A DNA stretch of 64,000 bases from Macrostomum lignano (lineage: Eukaryota): NCBI GenBank assembly GCA_002269645.1, contig NIVC01002488.1, positions 69,590-133,589 of the forward strand. Direction: 5' to 3'. This document shows positions 63,301 through 64,000 of the stretch, in pieces (position 1 is the first letter of the stretch; each line of letters begins with the position of its first letter). The position numbers were made by a program, and so were the translations under genes. The notes under the pieces are model-generated. The model was not told where the DNA came from and ran no database searches. It saw only the letters and a list, made by a program, of their open reading frames with translations.

Positions 63301-64000
63301 AATTGAATAGAATGGATTGCTAATCTAGCCAATCACAGATCAATTGGAATAGAATGGATTGCTAATCTAGCCAATCACAGATCAATTGGAATAGAATGGA
63401 TTGCTAATCTAGCCAATCACAGATCAATTGAATAGAATGGATTGCTAATCTAGCCAATCACAGATCAATTGGAATAGAATGGATTGCTAATCTAGCCAAT
63501 CACAGATCAATTGGAATAGAATGGATTGCTAATCTAGCCAATCACAAATCAATTGGAATAGAATGGATTGCTAATCTAGCCAATCACAGATCAATTGGAA
63601 TAGAATGGATTGCTAATCTAGCCAATCACAGATCAATTGGAATAGAATGGATTGCTAATCTAGCCAATCACAAATCAATTGGAATAGAATGGATTGCTAA
63701 TCTAGCCAATCACAGATCAATTGGAATAGAATGGATTGCTAATCTAGCCAATCACAGATCAATTGGAATAGAATGGATTGCTAATCTAGCCAATCACAGA
63801 TCAATTGGAATAGAATGGATTGCTAATCTAGCCAATCACAGATCAATTGGAATAGAATGGATTGCTAATCTAGCCAATCACATCAATTGGAATAGAATGG
63901 ATTGCTAATCTAGCCAGTCACAGATCAATCGAATAGAATGAATTGCTAATCTAGCCAATCACAGATCAATCGGAATAGAATGGATTGCTAATCTAGCAAT
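60347..64000 (-). repeat. 42-bp satellite in reverse orientation (about 87 copies, runs off the window)
   Basis: Reverse complement of the 55215-56372 unit. Confidence 0.97.

Overview
Eukaryotic (metazoan) genomic DNA with GT-AG introns, AT-rich intergenic DNA, many tandem repeats and transposon relics. The style resembles a free-living flatworm such as Macrostomum, but that is inference only. Main result: ORFs listed separately in the track join through phase-compatible splice sites into one predicted 7-exon gene (1951-15791, 8712 nt CDS, about 2903 aa). Its architecture is an unknown N-terminal domain, canonical ankyrin repeats, 41 near-identical 33-aa (99-bp) ankyrin-like repeats with a variable di-residue, three canonical ankyrins, and a Mab-21/cGAS-like (cGLR) nucleotidyltransferase that retains candidate catalytic aspartates. 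This looks like a modular, repeat-shuffled innate sensor. Head-to-head with it is an ORF of at least 328 codons that the track misses. The window also holds a very young CsRn1-type Ty3/Gypsy element (LTRs, TSD, PBS, -1 frameshift signal), relics of mariner, Crypton-like, THAP, Gypsy and LINE elements, two MITEs, a tRNA-derived SINE, a four-EF-hand calmodulin-like gene with two predicted alternative N-termini, and a 42/33/35-bp satellite family arranged in opposite orientations.
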